This document shows positions 24,077 to 24,256 of a stretch of 24,256 nucleotides of DNA, one piece after another. This DNA is from an uncultured Deferribacteres bacterium. Its GTDB lineage: Bacteria > Zhuqueibacterota > Zhuqueibacteria > Zhuqueibacterales > Geothermadaptataceae. The stretch lies in NCBI GenBank assembly GCA_964014485.1, contig CAXHAT010000122.1, positions 1 through 24,256 of the forward strand, read 5' to 3'. The notes beneath the pieces are model-generated. The model saw only the letters and a list, made by a program, of their open reading frames with translations. It had not been told where the DNA came from and searched no databases. The position numbers were made by a program, and so were the translations under genes. Position 1 is the first letter of the stretch. Each line of letters begins with the position of its first letter.

Positions 24077-24255
24077 TTGACAATGTTAAGTTCTCATTAG
24101 CCGCGCGCTTCAGCGCGTGGGTATGGTCCTTCCCTTTCTCCACCATCGCGCAGGCGCGATGGTGGAGAAAGGGAGGAATTTCGTGCGCATCGCCGGGCTG
24201 AAGCCCGGCGCTAATGAGACACTTGAGAGCGTAGGATTTAACTTAACATTGTCAA
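24077..24255. mobile_element. MITE-like shell with perfect 16-bp terminal inverted repeats
   Basis: TTGACAATGTTAAGTT (24077..24092) and AACTTAACATTGTCAA (24240..24255). The right flank is cut by the window edge, so a target duplication cannot be tested. Confidence 0.75.
24092..24219. repeat. Triple-hairpin REP/REPIN-like element, TCTCATTA family copy 3
   Basis: Left arm at 24092..24120. Perfect 21-bp stem at 24131..24174. Right arm CCGGGCTGAAGCCCGGCGCTAATGAGA at 24193..24219. Confidence 0.88.
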
Positions 24256-24256
24256 G

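Noticed and set aside
17092..24120. Identical 29-mers exactly 7000 bp apart, suggesting an artefact or a composite transposon
   Set aside because: The sequences diverge immediately on both sides and no target duplication is visible. The round number is most likely coincidence.
24085..24247. Integron attC site or cassette array (co-oriented genes separated by palindromes; GTTAAGT and ACTTAAC match GTTRRRY and RYYYAAC)
   Set aside because: The two boxes are in the opposite order to an attC. The other spacers lack R boxes and belong to unrelated families, and no integrase is present.

Overview
A 24.3 kb bacterial chromosomal segment of moderate GC. The NYPNPFNP-type C-terminal sorting domains, the TonB-dependent receptor and the Gln after several signal peptides point to an FCB-group organism, possibly KSB1/Calditrichota/Ignavibacteria-like (inference). 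All 15 credible CDSs lie on the + strand. Three are secreted proteins with a T9SS/Por-type C-terminal domain: one partial at the left edge, one with 20 LVIVD-like repeats and one with 14 'DIYAQRF' repeats. The others are a ketopantoate-reductase-family protein, two paralogous small membrane proteins, a family-3 acyltransferase, a TonB-dependent receptor, a DUF1295-like protein, a TolC plus RND pair with no adaptor gene, a universal stress protein, an orphan PAS histidine kinase, a saccharopine-dehydrogenase-family protein and a TolB-like lipoprotein. I found no transposase, integrase, reverse transcriptase, CRISPR array, tRNA or rRNA. The most unusual signal is intergenic: at least seven 90-230 bp palindromic elements from four families. 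In five of them a REP-like hairpin core is wrapped in an IS-like terminal-inverted-repeat shell. One family occurs three times with conserved arms and different but perfectly paired central stems, and one copy supplies the stop codon of the acyltransferase.
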